Shown here piece after piece: positions 28,390 through 41,689 of a stretch of 64,000 bases of DNA. Each line of letters opens with the position of its first letter. Within the stretch, counting starts at the first letter, position 1. This DNA is from Chrysomallon squamiferum (lineage: Eukaryota > Animalia > Mollusca). The notes below the pieces were generated by a model, which searched no databases, was not told the DNA's origin, and saw nothing but the letters and a program-made list of their open reading frames with translations. The position numbers and the translations under genes were made by a program. The stretch is taken from contig CM022667.1 in NCBI GenBank assembly GCA_012295275.1, forward strand, positions 17,670,001 through 17,734,000, in the 5' to 3' direction.

Positions 28390-29954
28390 GATGCACAAAA
28401 TCAAGTCATAATGGGTTTTTTTAAAGTTACCATCAACCATTTTATTATCAGCTTATTTTATCACCATGTTATTATTAGCAACAATCAAACATCACCATAA
28501 ATAAAACAAATATAAATATAACTATTGATACAAGATACAGGCAGACACTACATATTTAAATTTTATAATTATGTAAACAGATAGATGTACAGATATCCCT
28601 GAAGAGAACAACATGCACATATATAAGAAAGAAAATGCTTTAAGTACAAAATACAGCAAGACAGAAACATATTTTCTGTAAAGGAATAAAAAGGTAATTC
28701 AGGTAATGTTCACCTGTAGCTGAAAGGTTAAAATTACTGGTTATTAACTGCCACCCAGTAACTGAATATTGTTATCTTGATAATGTAAAAATAAAAAGGA
28801 AAGATGTCATTTCAATAAAGGAATGGGTTAATTCCTTTTGATAAACACATTTACTTAATTATTTACTTAACTGAACTGACAAACAAAAAAGATGAAAAGA
28901 GTCAATAAATGAATGTTTAATGACACCACAGCACAAAAAACATGTTGGCTACTTTTGTGTGTCAGAAGAGGAACCATGCAGTGACAGACAACAAACACTC
29001 CGAGAAACAAATTACATAAAAAGAGAGACAACACATGAAAATAAACACTTGAAAGGAAATTACATTTTAAATATATTAGAATATCCCAAAGCCATTGTAA
29101 GTCTCAGAAGAAAAAAACAAAAAAGAAAGTAGATAAATAATAAAGAAAATTAAAAAAGAAGAAGACAAAAGCATAATAAATTACGGAATTAATTTTCATT
29201 TAATAAAGTTCATAATAATGCACAAAATTAATAAAAATCTACTTTTAAATAATTTAATAAATACTGTAAAAGATGAAATTAATGCATGCATAAAATAATG
29301 CACCTTCACAACACGCAAGAAATGTATGTACTAATTAATGGGACAAACATAATATATTCTTTTCTTCCTTTGTTTCCCAATTGCATAATATTCACACTGT
29401 TCAGTCTGTGGTTTACATGTTACAACTGTGAGTCAGGTTTCAGTAGATGTTGTGTAATAAAATGTTTTGATATTGCTCTTATTGATAATTAGCTGTTATT
29501 CCAATGTCAGCTTATCCATAACAATTAAATGGGTTACAGTTATTCAGAGGAAAGTTGAGTTAACTGTCTACTTACACTTTAACTCAATGAATTACCAACA
29601 TATTCAAACTGAAAATATGTATATAAAAAAAATACTAATAACCAAGTAAGCCAAACAAAAAATAATAATAAAAATAAAAAAGAGATATCAAAATAATGTG
29701 TTGATGCCATTAACACTTTTTTTTACATTAATTTCATATTTGATCTTCTCATGGCCTTTGATATGTTAGTTTGGGAATAATAGTTGGAACTAATGTAGAA
29801 GCAGGAAGATAACAGGTAATTCCAAGCACAAAATATACAACAAAAAAAAGAAAGAAGAATAAAAATGATCTCTATTGGTTCGGTATAGTTTAGTCTTTGG
29901 TATTAATTAATTATTAACTAGACTGTAACATTCATTTCACTGGCAAAGAGAAAT

Positions 29955-30095
29955 TTAACCCTTAATAGCTGTGGTCGATGCAGATCACTTTTAAATTGCC
30001 AGAGGAGTTATTTTAATTTAGAGATTTTTATCATGTTTCACAGAAGCCATTTAGGTTGCCACTATCACACAATGGCATTTCTAATTTAAGGTTAA
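29955..30095. mobile_element. Possible piggyBac-like MITE
   Basis: TTAACCCTTAATAG ... CTAATTTAAGGTTAA imperfect inverted ends with TTAA at both termini. Confidence 0.4.
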
Positions 30096-30359
30096 GACAA
30101 TAGAAATATCTCACCAATATATTACTGACCATGTTTTATCAAAATTCATGTGATTATGTAAATATCACTGATGTCTCTCCTAATTTTTAAGTGGATATTT
30201 CTTTATATTTTAAATATGCAAAAGAAAAAGAAATTTTTTTAACATGAGAATAAAAATATGGATACTTATTTCTTTCACTGCTTTCTGAACAATCATAAAA
30301 CATGTTATGTTTCTGATTTGTTTTAATCCTGATGAATAATAATAATAAAGATGATGATG

Positions 30360-30421
<62 letters not shown>

Positions 30422-31299
30422 CAGTAATGGTATTAATAAAAAGTAAAATATTTTAAAACTGCATTTAAAAAGTCAATTAAAAAATAAAAAGAACCTCAAT
30501 TTTTAATTAAACTGCAAACTGAAAACCTTTTCAGTGATTGTGTATGAGCTTCTTGTGTTTTTTATCCAAACTAACAAATGACTACATTTTCAAGTTACAG
30601 TGTTAGTAACAGCCTTGGAGTCATGAAAAGCTGAAAAAGATTCACTAAGTGAAGATGACAAGCTAACCAACCAAAAGAAATTGGATTTTCTTCCCAGGAG
30701 AGGTGATGTGATTAACATAAAAAAAATTCTTTTAAGGACTGATTTGTGGATACCTGCAATCTTTCCACTTGGTCGTAATATGACACTGTCAGCATTAACC
30801 ATAGATGATTATAATTTGAAGACAGCACTGTTGAAGATGATGTCAACGATGTAGGTGATAGGCTAATTAAGCAGCTTGTCCAGCTAAATCAAGTCATTTG
30901 TCTTACACTCAGTCTTTGAATGAACATCAGTGATAATCAGTGGTAAAAGTATGTGATAATATTAGTTAAAAAACCCAGCAAAATAAGATATTTGGAAAAA
31001 GCTTTCTATAATGCAACTGTAAAGCTTTTAAAAAAAATATTCTGAAGGAATGTACTGAAAATAATACAACAAGGAAGATAGAGGTAAATATATATCTTGA
31101 TTTTATTTCAAATTTCTTTTAAATTTTAATTGGGTGTATATTGGCTGGGTGTGCATTATTTTAATTTTTAATATTTGAAAATAATAAGTATTAGTAGGTA
31201 GTAATAATGCTTTAAAATGATAACATTTACCAACTAAAACAAACACCAAAACATATCCAATTTTTATAAAATTTACTAATGGAATTTAAATATTGACAT

Positions 31300-31331
<32 letters not shown>

Positions 31332-32234
31332 ACCCTTTCCCACCCAATAACAACAAAAAAATAATAAATAATAGAAGAAACTATAGATGGGATTTTATTT
31401 GCTGTTTTCTTTTAGAAAAAGGAGTTGGTTCAGATTTTTCTTTTACTCAAGAAATTTAAAAACCTAAATTATTTTTGTTATTCTTATTTTTCGTATTGTT
31501 TTTTTTTTAATTTTGTTCTTTTTAATTATTTATTCAAATTTTTTTGAATTCATCATTATTTCTTTACATCAGGGATGTTATTAAACATCCAATAGAAAAT
31601 CGTTATGTATAAAAATAAAATAAAAAAGTATTTATTTACCTCTAAATGACCAGAATGATATGCTGAAACATCAGATGAGAAGTTAAAAATACACTACCTC
31701 AAAAATAAAAGCTTTTAAGTTTTTAGCTCAGTTTTCACAGCATATAGAAAAATATAACTATCAGAAAGAAACAATTTTATTACTAAAATATATTTTGATA
31801 ATAGTAAATAAAATAATAAAATAATTCAATAGAGAAAATTTTATAATAAAAAAAATATATATAGATATATTTTCCAAGATTTCATATTCTTTAGTAGTAT
31901 TAGCATTTCTTTATAAAACAACAATAAAGTCACTACCATAGTCAAAAAAATGAAACCAATTATAATAATAGTTTTAATTGTTTTCTTTATTGTTTTTTTG
32001 TTGCTTTTTATAATTTTTCCTTTCAGTAATTAATTAACATGATTTTATTATTTGTCCTAGATACAACAGCAATATCATCTAATGGTATGAAATGCTGCTT
32101 TACTTTACAATTATTTACTGTTATTATGATTATAATTATTGCGGTTTTTTCTTTGTCTATTCATTGTTCTTATCGTCATTCTTTGTGTTTTTATTATTAT
32201 TATTTTTACTTATGTTGTAAAATAACAATTATTA

Positions 32235-32286
<52 letters not shown>

Positions 32287-32857
32287 GGTTTTGTTATCAC
32301 TATTATTCTTATTTCTTATTATCATCATCATTATTTTACATTATTATTATAGTTATTTTGTCATCTCACTGCTCATTCATTAAAAAACTAAACATGTGAC
32401 TAATACTGTTAAACATAAAATGTAACACAAAAATAAAACTTTCAGTACAGTTTGAACCACGCTGATTTACATTTTAATATCATTCTGCAAATACAACTTC
32501 CAGTAAAATTCAAACATGCCAACTTATATTTTGATACCATAAATTCTGCAGATAAAGTTTACTGCAGAGCTGGTCGTGCTGACTTGCGAGAGGAGATGTT
32601 AACAACCACATTCACAGTGAGCCCAAGTGCTAATGTTTCATTAGTTTAAGAGCACTCCTTTCAATCACCATTCTTCAAACCTAGACTTGGACAACTGTTA
32701 TTAATTGCTGTCATACAATGACATACCATTGCATCAAGTTAGGAGCCAACTATTACAGGAATTTCTACCATATATTACTGAGAAATACTATTATCCTCTA
32801 AATATTTTGTAAAAAAATTAAAAATTAAAAATTAAAAAGTTTCTGAATTTTCTTATG

Positions 32858-32940
32858 TAGTAAGACTTCAATAACTTGAGATTGAAGGGGTCAACAAAAA
32901 CAGCTTGAGTTTCAGGGTGCTTGAGTATTTGAATTTTTGA
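32858..32940. mobile_element. Decayed Tigger/pogo-like terminal remnant
   Basis: agtaagacttcaataacttgagattgaagggg...cttgagt...cttgagt resembles pogo-type termini after CpG decay; no partner TIR found. Confidence 0.35.
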
Positions 32941-35716
32941 CAGACAAGTAATGGACATTTAATATTTCAAAAAACACACTTTTTCTTATTTAATAAACTA
33001 AGTAAAGCACAAAATAAATAAAAGACACAGCAAATTTAATTTGACATAATGCACACACACACACACAAAATTATGTTTCCTATATATGAAAATGTATTTA
33101 TTGAGATATAAAACAGCATAAACAGATGACATGTACTCATATGTTCATTATCAAAAACATAAACTGAAACTCATATCTGGAAATAAATATCAAGTTCATG
33201 TATTTTCAAATTTCTAAACTTGGCTGAATGAAATCAATCAATACAGATGTTTTAGTGGCACTTGATAATATTCCATACATGACAAAAGTATTTTAAATTG
33301 CAAACAGTCTACAAAAAGAAAAAACTATGACTAAATTATTGATACATCTATTTATAAATATTATTTCTGCCATAAAAAAAAGTTAGTAATAAAAGACTGT
33401 TTGCATGGTTTTTTTGAAAAAATCATCTTTCATTACAGCAGCCATAATTCCACACAATCTCTTTAATATTTCCTGAGAATATCAATAAAAGAATTGTTGT
33501 TAGTGTTTAACACTGTTATGGTAAACATGTTATTAATTGCAAACATCATTTTGGCCATAAAAAGACAACATAACAATAATTTACTTACAACTGTTTTTAA
33601 TAAAACAAAATCAATTTCTGTTTCCTATTTTTTTATTACATGTTAACATGTTTTTAAAGTGCAATTTAAGTAAAATGTTTTTTTCATGAATATCAATCAG
33701 TGAAGGGGTGAATAAAAGTGTTGCTATCAGTGATCCAAATGAACAGTCCCAAAAAATCCAGTGTATTATCCTATATATATATATAAAACATATATGGATG
33801 TATATAAAATCAGAGGTAGAGAAAAATATTTATGCTAGTCAGTAATGCCATATCATTCACATTTATCACTTCCTAAAAATGTTGGGTTATAATTTCATCC
33901 CCAATTGTCCTCCTTATAAATAAAAAAATTAAATAAATAGAATAATCTTTGTTTTGCCCTCATGGATATTAATTATACATTTGTTAATAATAATAAATCA
34001 TATTTAGCATGTATAATTTTGATGTTGTTTATAAAAATACAGTAATCTTGTCAGAGATCGATTCATACAATTGTCTTAATGTACAAAACAAGAACCCCAA
34101 AAACAGTTCAACTAGTACTATAATAAAAACTGTTTAATAGCTGATTTTTATTCTGATGACAAGTAGGACTAGTGTTAATCTTATTGATGATTATTCCATG
34201 GCTATATCAGCTTTTGCAGGCTTGAAGTCATAATACTACCAAATACCTGACAGTGTTCATTTATCTCTGTTAAACAGCTGGATCATGTACAAGACACCTT
34301 GTTTCCAGTTGAAGCTGATTAAAAAAACTAACTGCTATTGAAAAATGTAGTATTTTATTTGCATTTTTACAGCAAATTAAAAACTGTTTCAAATAAAAAA
34401 ATATAAGATCAACAAATATCGATTTTTCAGTAATAATTTTTATCCCAAAGATCAAAAACACGTCTTCAACTGGCAAAAAAAAGGAATTTAATCCATACCT
34501 GAAATGTGTATGTGAGTGTGTGTGTTTATACAGATGTGATTAAAAATAGCAGCAGTGATTAAGTATTCCATCTCTCATCTTTCTAAATATCAAGTGTCAG
34601 ATATTATTTACATACGGTAATGTGTTACTTTTGCCTGCATTTTCTTTCTGTCTTACTCAAAATAATTTTGAGCCTGTAAATTCATTTATAAATATCAAAC
34701 AAACAGAATTCGTGCCAGACTTGAGGAAGCTAATAAAGTGAGAACCTAATTAATTATATTAACCCATCCGAATGAAAACCCTCTTCATGAAATGGCAATA
34801 ATTATGCAGCACTTAGCAAGTATGTAAGTTATTCTTGCTCCCGGTATGGAACACAAGTGGTCAAAGCAGACAAAAGCCATTTGGTAACAGACGAGTGTAG
34901 GCCAGAGAACTAATGAAGTAATTTCAGCATCTTTGTGCTCATGTTAAGAGACCTCTACAAACATGACAGATTTGACTTGGGGCTGATGAGGAATACAAAA
35001 ACTAATGCTGATGTCGATGTTAGATAGAAAATACTGCCAAAGAAAAGCATAGAAAATATAAAGAAATAAAAAAATGTTTTAATTTTGTTTGAAGTATCTA
35101 CTAATTAGTTATAATAGGAAAGGTTAATATATATACATTATATATAAATGCAGATATGTAATTAAAATATAGGTCCAATTCACAGACTGATGAGAAGAGT
35201 TTGATTTTTGTAACAGTTGGTAAAGAATAATAATTTAGAAAATAAAAGTTTACTGATGGTTCAAAGATTCAAAATGAAGTACTTCCAGTGAAATTACAAG
35301 CAATATTATGCAAAGGATTTTATTTCTTGTTAATGGCTTGACTGTGTATTTTAGGTACTTGAGGAAATTCAAAAGTTAATTGAAATCAATATAATATTAA
35401 TGTGTCAGATACAAACTACAATGCTAAATTATTAAAAATAAACTATGGAATCCTTTTTTCCTTGTTGTCAGTAAATAAATTCTTCTGTATTACATTATTT
35501 ATATGTGTTACAGTGAGCTCTGAATTCAGAATTAGTTTAATATCAGATCGGTAAATAACATAAAGCAATCTTTCAATATTATACAGTATAAAGTATTTCT
35601 TTTCTATTAAATATATCTGAAAATATTTTATTTTATTTTATATATTTTATTATTATTTATTTATTTTTATTTGTTTATTATTTGTTTATATATATATATA
35701 TATATATATATGTGTA

Positions 35717-35769
<53 letters not shown>

Positions 35770-36508
35770 GTATATGTATATAATCTTCTTTTTTTCCATC
35801 CACCAGATACAAAGCAACAAAATTATTATCTGAAAGTGATTATTTCACTAATGGATACAAACCGAAGAATCTTTAAAACAAAGAAAATAGAAACATGAAC
35901 TGACATCTATCTTCTACAGTGGATTATATGTACAGCAGCCTGGATTTGCTGGATTACTGGATTACAACTTTACTAAAGCTATATGGATTTTTGTGGTTTC
36001 TAGTTGATTACCAAGATATTAAAAGTGTATGGGTTTTGGTGATCTACAGTGGATTACACAGAAATCATTACAGCTGTTTTGGATATTTGGATAAAAGCGC
36101 AAAAATTAAAATACAGTAACTAAAATAACAATTTACTCTGTAAAAATACTGCAATGCTGGGAATATACAAGAAGTCCAAAACTATTATCCTTACATAATA
36201 AAGAACTAATTGAATTGTCATTTGTTACCTTGTAACTAATATTAATCTAATATATCTAAACATTTATAAGTAATATTACTTGTAGAATTAACAGCTTCAT
36301 AACAAACTAACTGAATATACAGTCTCAACAAAAACAAACTAATTTATACCAACAAATATTTATAACTGACATTATTTTCTTAAAAAATCAAAAACATATT
36401 TAATACCTCAATTAAAAATGTTATGTTTAAAATGCTAACTTGCCTAAGTTTCATTTCATTAAAATTTTGAATGTATATAATCAAGCCAAATAAAAGAAAA
36501 AGGTAAAC

Positions 36509-37558
36509 ATGCTTTCAGAAAATACTGTATACAACATGTCTCAACTGAACACAAGTTATGACAACCTGAATTACATCATGGAAATCTGGTATTATGTTCA
36601 TGGGATATGTGGTACAAGCATTGCTCTCTTTGGACTTTTTGGAAACAGCATTGCCATATTTGTACTTTCAGGAAAACGGATGCGGTCATCAACAACTCTT
36701 TTCCTTATTGTCTTGGCAATCTTTGACAATGTTCTCTTGCTTTTTGTTATTCTGCTACAAACACTGCCAATAATCTGTCAACATGATGACATTCTTATTG
36801 AATATATATTTGTGAGGGAAACAGCCTATATTGTGCTCTATCCAATTGTACACATTTGTCACACAGGTACCATTTATACCACTATTGCTGTTACTGGTGA
36901 ACGATGTATTGCTATAGTCAAGCCACTGGGTGCTCGATCTATATGCACTAGATCTCGTGCAGGAAAGATTCTTATTGGAATTACTTTGTGGTCAATTTTT
37001 TACAATATTCCAAGGTGTCTGGAAAATGGTTTAGAAGAAGTATGGGATCCATTATTCAACAACACGATATATATCACAAATGTTTCAACATTTGGAAGTT
37101 CGTGGTTATATAATTTTGTTTACCTTGTCTGTATAAATTGCTGTTTTCATTTCCTTATGCCATTTTTGGCACTGTCACTAATGAATTATTTCATTCTAAA
37201 AACACTGTGGCAGAGGAAACAAGGCATTCTTCAACAACAGAGAGCAGTTTCTTTAGAAAATGATTATCGTTTAACAGCAGTTGTTCTAGCAATAACAACA
37301 GTATTTTTTATTTGTCAGTTATTCGGTGCCACCCAGCTGGTAATACTACAGGCTGTGGGGATACATTCAGTGAGAATAGGCAAATGTACTCCATCCTGTG
37401 AAATCTTCAATGCCATAGCAGAAACTGTGGTCATAGTAAATTCTGCCATCAATTTCATTCTGTTTTGTGCATTTGGAAACAAATTTAGACAGATGTTTCT
37501 GCGATGTATTTGTGCACCTAAGGAAAGAAGCTTCATTGGAATGAACCCAAGGGACTGA
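36509..37558 (+). CDS. Divergent FMRFamide-receptor-like class A GPCR paralog, 349 aa, intronless CDS
   Basis: 7TM; FGLFGN, LAIFD, TGERCIAIVKP, YNIPRC, FLMPF, FFICQLF, VNSAINFILFC; collinear with the 21507 receptor. Confidence 0.92.
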   Translation: MLSENTVYNMSQLNTSYDNLNYIMEIWYYVHGICGTSIALFGLFGNSIAIFVLSGKRMRSSTTLFLIVLAIFDNVLLLFVILLQTLPIICQHDDILIEYIFVRETAYIVLYPIVHICHTGTIYTTIAVTGERCIAIVKPLGARSICTRSRAGKILIGITLWSIFYNIPRCLENGLEEVWDPLFNNTIYITNVSTFGSSWLYNFVYLVCINCCFHFLMPFLALSLMNYFILKTLWQRKQGILQQQRAVSLENDYRLTAVVLAITTVFFICQLFGATQLVILQAVGIHSVRIGKCTPSCEIFNAIAETVVIVNSAINFILFCAFGNKFRQMFLRCICAPKERSFIGMNPRD

Positions 37559-38844
37559 AATAGAGTCAGTCCAGTCAATTTTGATTTATCAGCTATACTA
37601 TAATTAATTATAAATATTTAATTAAGTATTTAAATAAATACACTTGTTACCAAATTACATTTCCCTATTAATGATCAGTGATAAATTTCCATGATTCAAA
37701 ACATTTGATAAACACAGAAATGAATTATGATGTGGTGGAATTATTTTTAAATGTGATAAACTGAGTTATAAAGATAAAAAACGTATGTTGGAAGATTTTA
37801 TTTATTTATTAGTCAGAAGAAAAAAGCAGATAATATTCTGTAGAAAGAAGAAAATTTCATATTTTGTGTAAATTTCAAGGACTTCTGACAATAGTATTCC
37901 ATGTCATAGTTGTCTTTATGAAATGCTGTATGATGAAACAAAGGATCAGAAAGACAAATGGATTTAACAGATAAATTATTTACATATTAACACTGAATGT
38001 GTAATATTTAGATTTATTAAAAAAAGAAGAATATTAAACATTGTTATAAATCTGGTTATTGTTTTGAAACTCAATTAGAAATTTTAAAATTTACTTCTAT
38101 TTAATCAGCTTTCTTTCTATGCACTTCTGTAATTACTGAACAGTTTGAAAAATCAGTGTCATGTGCTGACTGATATCAGTTTACAGTGTACTTTGACAAC
38201 AGTCTGATGTGTTTTGTTTACTTATTTTTATTGTTATTATTATTTTAAATTAAGAATCTTAGCTAATATCAAAGTATGGCAACAGAAGAGTGTTATTATG
38301 AAACTAGAGTCTTTCATTGTAATAATAATGGATTAGTCAGTTATATAAGTTTCTAAAGAAAATGTTTCTTCAAATTATCTGTATCCCAATTTACAGTTAT
38401 CTGTATCCAAATGAAAACAAGCACTTTGTAAAAGAAATTTCAGAATGGATATATATATAAAAGTTTCATAACACCTCTCCACACACCACCAAAAATAAAT
38501 TAGAATACAAAGACAGTTTCCTCAAGTCTGTGATGTCTGTACAGTAAAGAATAGGTGAAAACAATGACTGACAAATGATTGTGAAGAGTAAATAATGAAA
38601 ACCAATGATGACGAGATATCCTGACATAACACAGAAGTTTAAGTTAAGCCTAATATTTAATTCTGGTAATTTTTTCAAAAGTGCCACAATTTGATGCCAA
38701 AAGTATTAATCTGTTTTTACCAATATAACTATATCCCAGACCTCTTCTTATGAAGACTATGTAAATAAATAGATTTCACTTTACACAGCATGTTATCGTT
38801 AAAATCTGAAGTGATGAACTTTTAAAAATTTACCAAGATTTACA

Positions 38845-41275
38845 TCTTTTGCATGAAATGTACAGGTTTGCAGAATAATTTAACAAACAATCCAACAAAA
38901 ATTAGTTTGCATAGGCAATTCAATAAACTGGTCTAAATAATTTTAGTTAATTGTTGCATTTTTAAAGACAAATCTGAACTAATTTGTAATAATAAAATAA
39001 CAGTTAGATCTAATAAAACAATCACATTCAACAGACCATCCCATTTGCTGATATTTCACATGTATGTATGTGTGAGAAATCTACTAAATAGAAACAAATA
39101 TAAACAGCGAAATAAAAACAGCGAAATGAACAAAATGTAATAAAATATGTGTATATAAAGGACTGCTTTTGAAATATTGCCAATAATGAGATAACAAAAA
39201 TAACATTAACTCATGCTGTATCTTCCATGCAAAGAAGCAGCATAGGTCATCATATGGTGTTCACAACTCAAATTAGAGATTTCCTGCAGGATGTAAAGAG
39301 TAAATTATTAACGAATATTTCTGAAGCTGGTTGTCTTTTTGTAACATTATTCCATGGTGAGTTATAGAGAAAAAAAACAAATTAATTCCAAAAATATATT
39401 AAGGTAAGAATATGTATGTTTCACTAATGATAAGGATATTAATAATATTAGCTATTTATAGCAATATTTTTACATTATTAGATAATTATTTAGTAAATTA
39501 AAAAATACTATAATTATCAAGGTATATTAATTCTGTTGCTTAATAAATCTGAATACTTTCAATGAACATGATAATTATAACAATAATAACATAATTTTAA
39601 AAAATAAAAATAAAAAATAAACATTTTCTTTGTATTGATTTTGATATTTCATTTATTATTTTTTTTTTTTTAAAGTTATGTTATTATTGTTATAATATAT
39701 ATATATATTATTTAAACTTAATTGTGCAAATAACAAGTAAATTATCAAAGTAAATACAGTTTAGTACCCCAAAACAGAAGTGTATTAATCATCATATATT
39801 ACCATTATGTAGAGTGATTACAACATATACATATATATATATGATGACTAGATACATTTCTATAATTTTATATTTTATATATGTGCGTGCGCACCCATGT
39901 ATGTGTGTTTGAATGCATGTTTCTGTTTCTTCTTTTTACAGAAAATCATGCTTTTTGCATCTATTCTTCTAATTAAACAAGATTACTAATAAATGCTGGT
40001 AAACCATGAATGGAAGCATGAAAATAAACATTACAAATAATTGAAGGATCTATGTAACAAAACTAAGAAAGACAAAAACAGTAAGACAAGGGGAAAAAAA
40101 AAAGAAACATACAAACAAACAACACAAATACATAAAAATGATGTTTGAATCAACTTTCAAAAATGTTCCAATTAATAGCATTCATTTAACATTTTTAACG
40201 CCAACAAGTAATTCATCAAAAATCTGGTAAGACAGGAGAGGAAAGAAAGTTAATCTTGCTTTCAGAAAACATGGTCTGTAACATATCCCAGATGAATGCA
40301 AGCCAAGATTATAAACATAACAAGAGATATGAAATGTTGTGCAATATTTATTTCCCTATCCTTTTTACTTTTAAAAAGTTATAAGACCTTTTTTCCTGAA
40401 CTGTACGGAATAATTTAACAAACAATACAACAATAATGTATTTGCCTATGGTGGCAGTTCCTTCTTTCAACTAATTTCATCTAATATTATGACAATAAAA
40501 TAACCGTTACATCTAACAACTCATTAACATTTAACAGATTGTGCCATTTCCCTTGTTTCATATGCATATATATGAATATACTGTGTACACATCCTGTTAA
40601 ACAGAAACAAAAACAAGAAAAATTCCATGCAAACAACAAAAAACCCCACATTAAATAAGATGTGTTTATATAGTCCTTTTTCTGAAATATTTCCAAGAAT
40701 AATGGATAAAAATAACCTAGTCATGCTGTTCTGGTCCATGTAATTAGATGGAAAGAAGCAGCACTTTTCGTCATGTGGTGTTCAGAACTGAAACTGGATC
40801 TTTCATGCAGGAAGTACTGAGTAAATCATTAATGAATATTTCTACTGCTGTTTATTCTTTTAAAACATTATTCTAAGGTGAGTTTTAAAGAAAGAAAAAA
40901 GTAATAATAATAAAATAATAATAATAATAATTATTATTATTATGTTATCCTTCAAAAAAAAAAAATTAAAAGAGAAATTATTAATGCAAGCAGGTGCAAT
41001 ATTCTTCTTAATATTAATATTCATTGCAATAATTACAAAATGTTTGGTATTATATTATATTAACCCTTACTATGAAAAAAAATATAAAGATCAACACTAT
41101 AATAATAGTAATAATATAATTAAAAAATAAACAACTACATTGAATATTGTTTTCCTTTTTATTTTAAATTTTAGAATTTTGTTCTTTGTCAAATAGTTTT
41201 GTTTGAAGACCTAACCACATTTATTTTATTTATCTACTTCTTTCTTATTTGAATCAACTTTCAAAAATGTTCTAA
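38845..41275. repeat. Diverged local segmental duplication (copies ~38845-40170 and ~40395-41275)
   Basis: Shared blocks gaataatttaacaaacaat, aaagaagcagca, gagtaaat.attaa.gaatattt, aacattattc...GGTGAGTT, and an identical 25-mer tttgaatcaactttcaaaaatgttc (40144, 41248). Confidence 0.8.
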
Positions 41276-41378
41276 TTTATAATTTATGAATTATTTTAAT
41301 CTGTTATTATTGCAGTTATTTTGATTTGAAGAATGTAAATACATCAGACAAACAATCAACTCATTTTTATATGTATGT

Positions 41379-41435
<57 letters not shown>

Positions 41436-41689
41436 CAAATAACTTTTTAAAATATATATGACCCAAAAAGCTATATTTATGGTCAGTGTCTCAAAATAGA
41501 AATGTATCAACTCACCACATCTTACATACACTGATTGTAACACAGCTATAGATGTTTTCTTTTTCTTTTTTTTTAAGAAATATACTGAACAATTTATGCA
41601 ACTGAGTAAGTACAGAAAAACAAAAAAACTGAACATTCCCCCCTCCCTGAAAAAAGAAAAAGAAAAATTAAAAAAGGAAAGAAAAGAAG

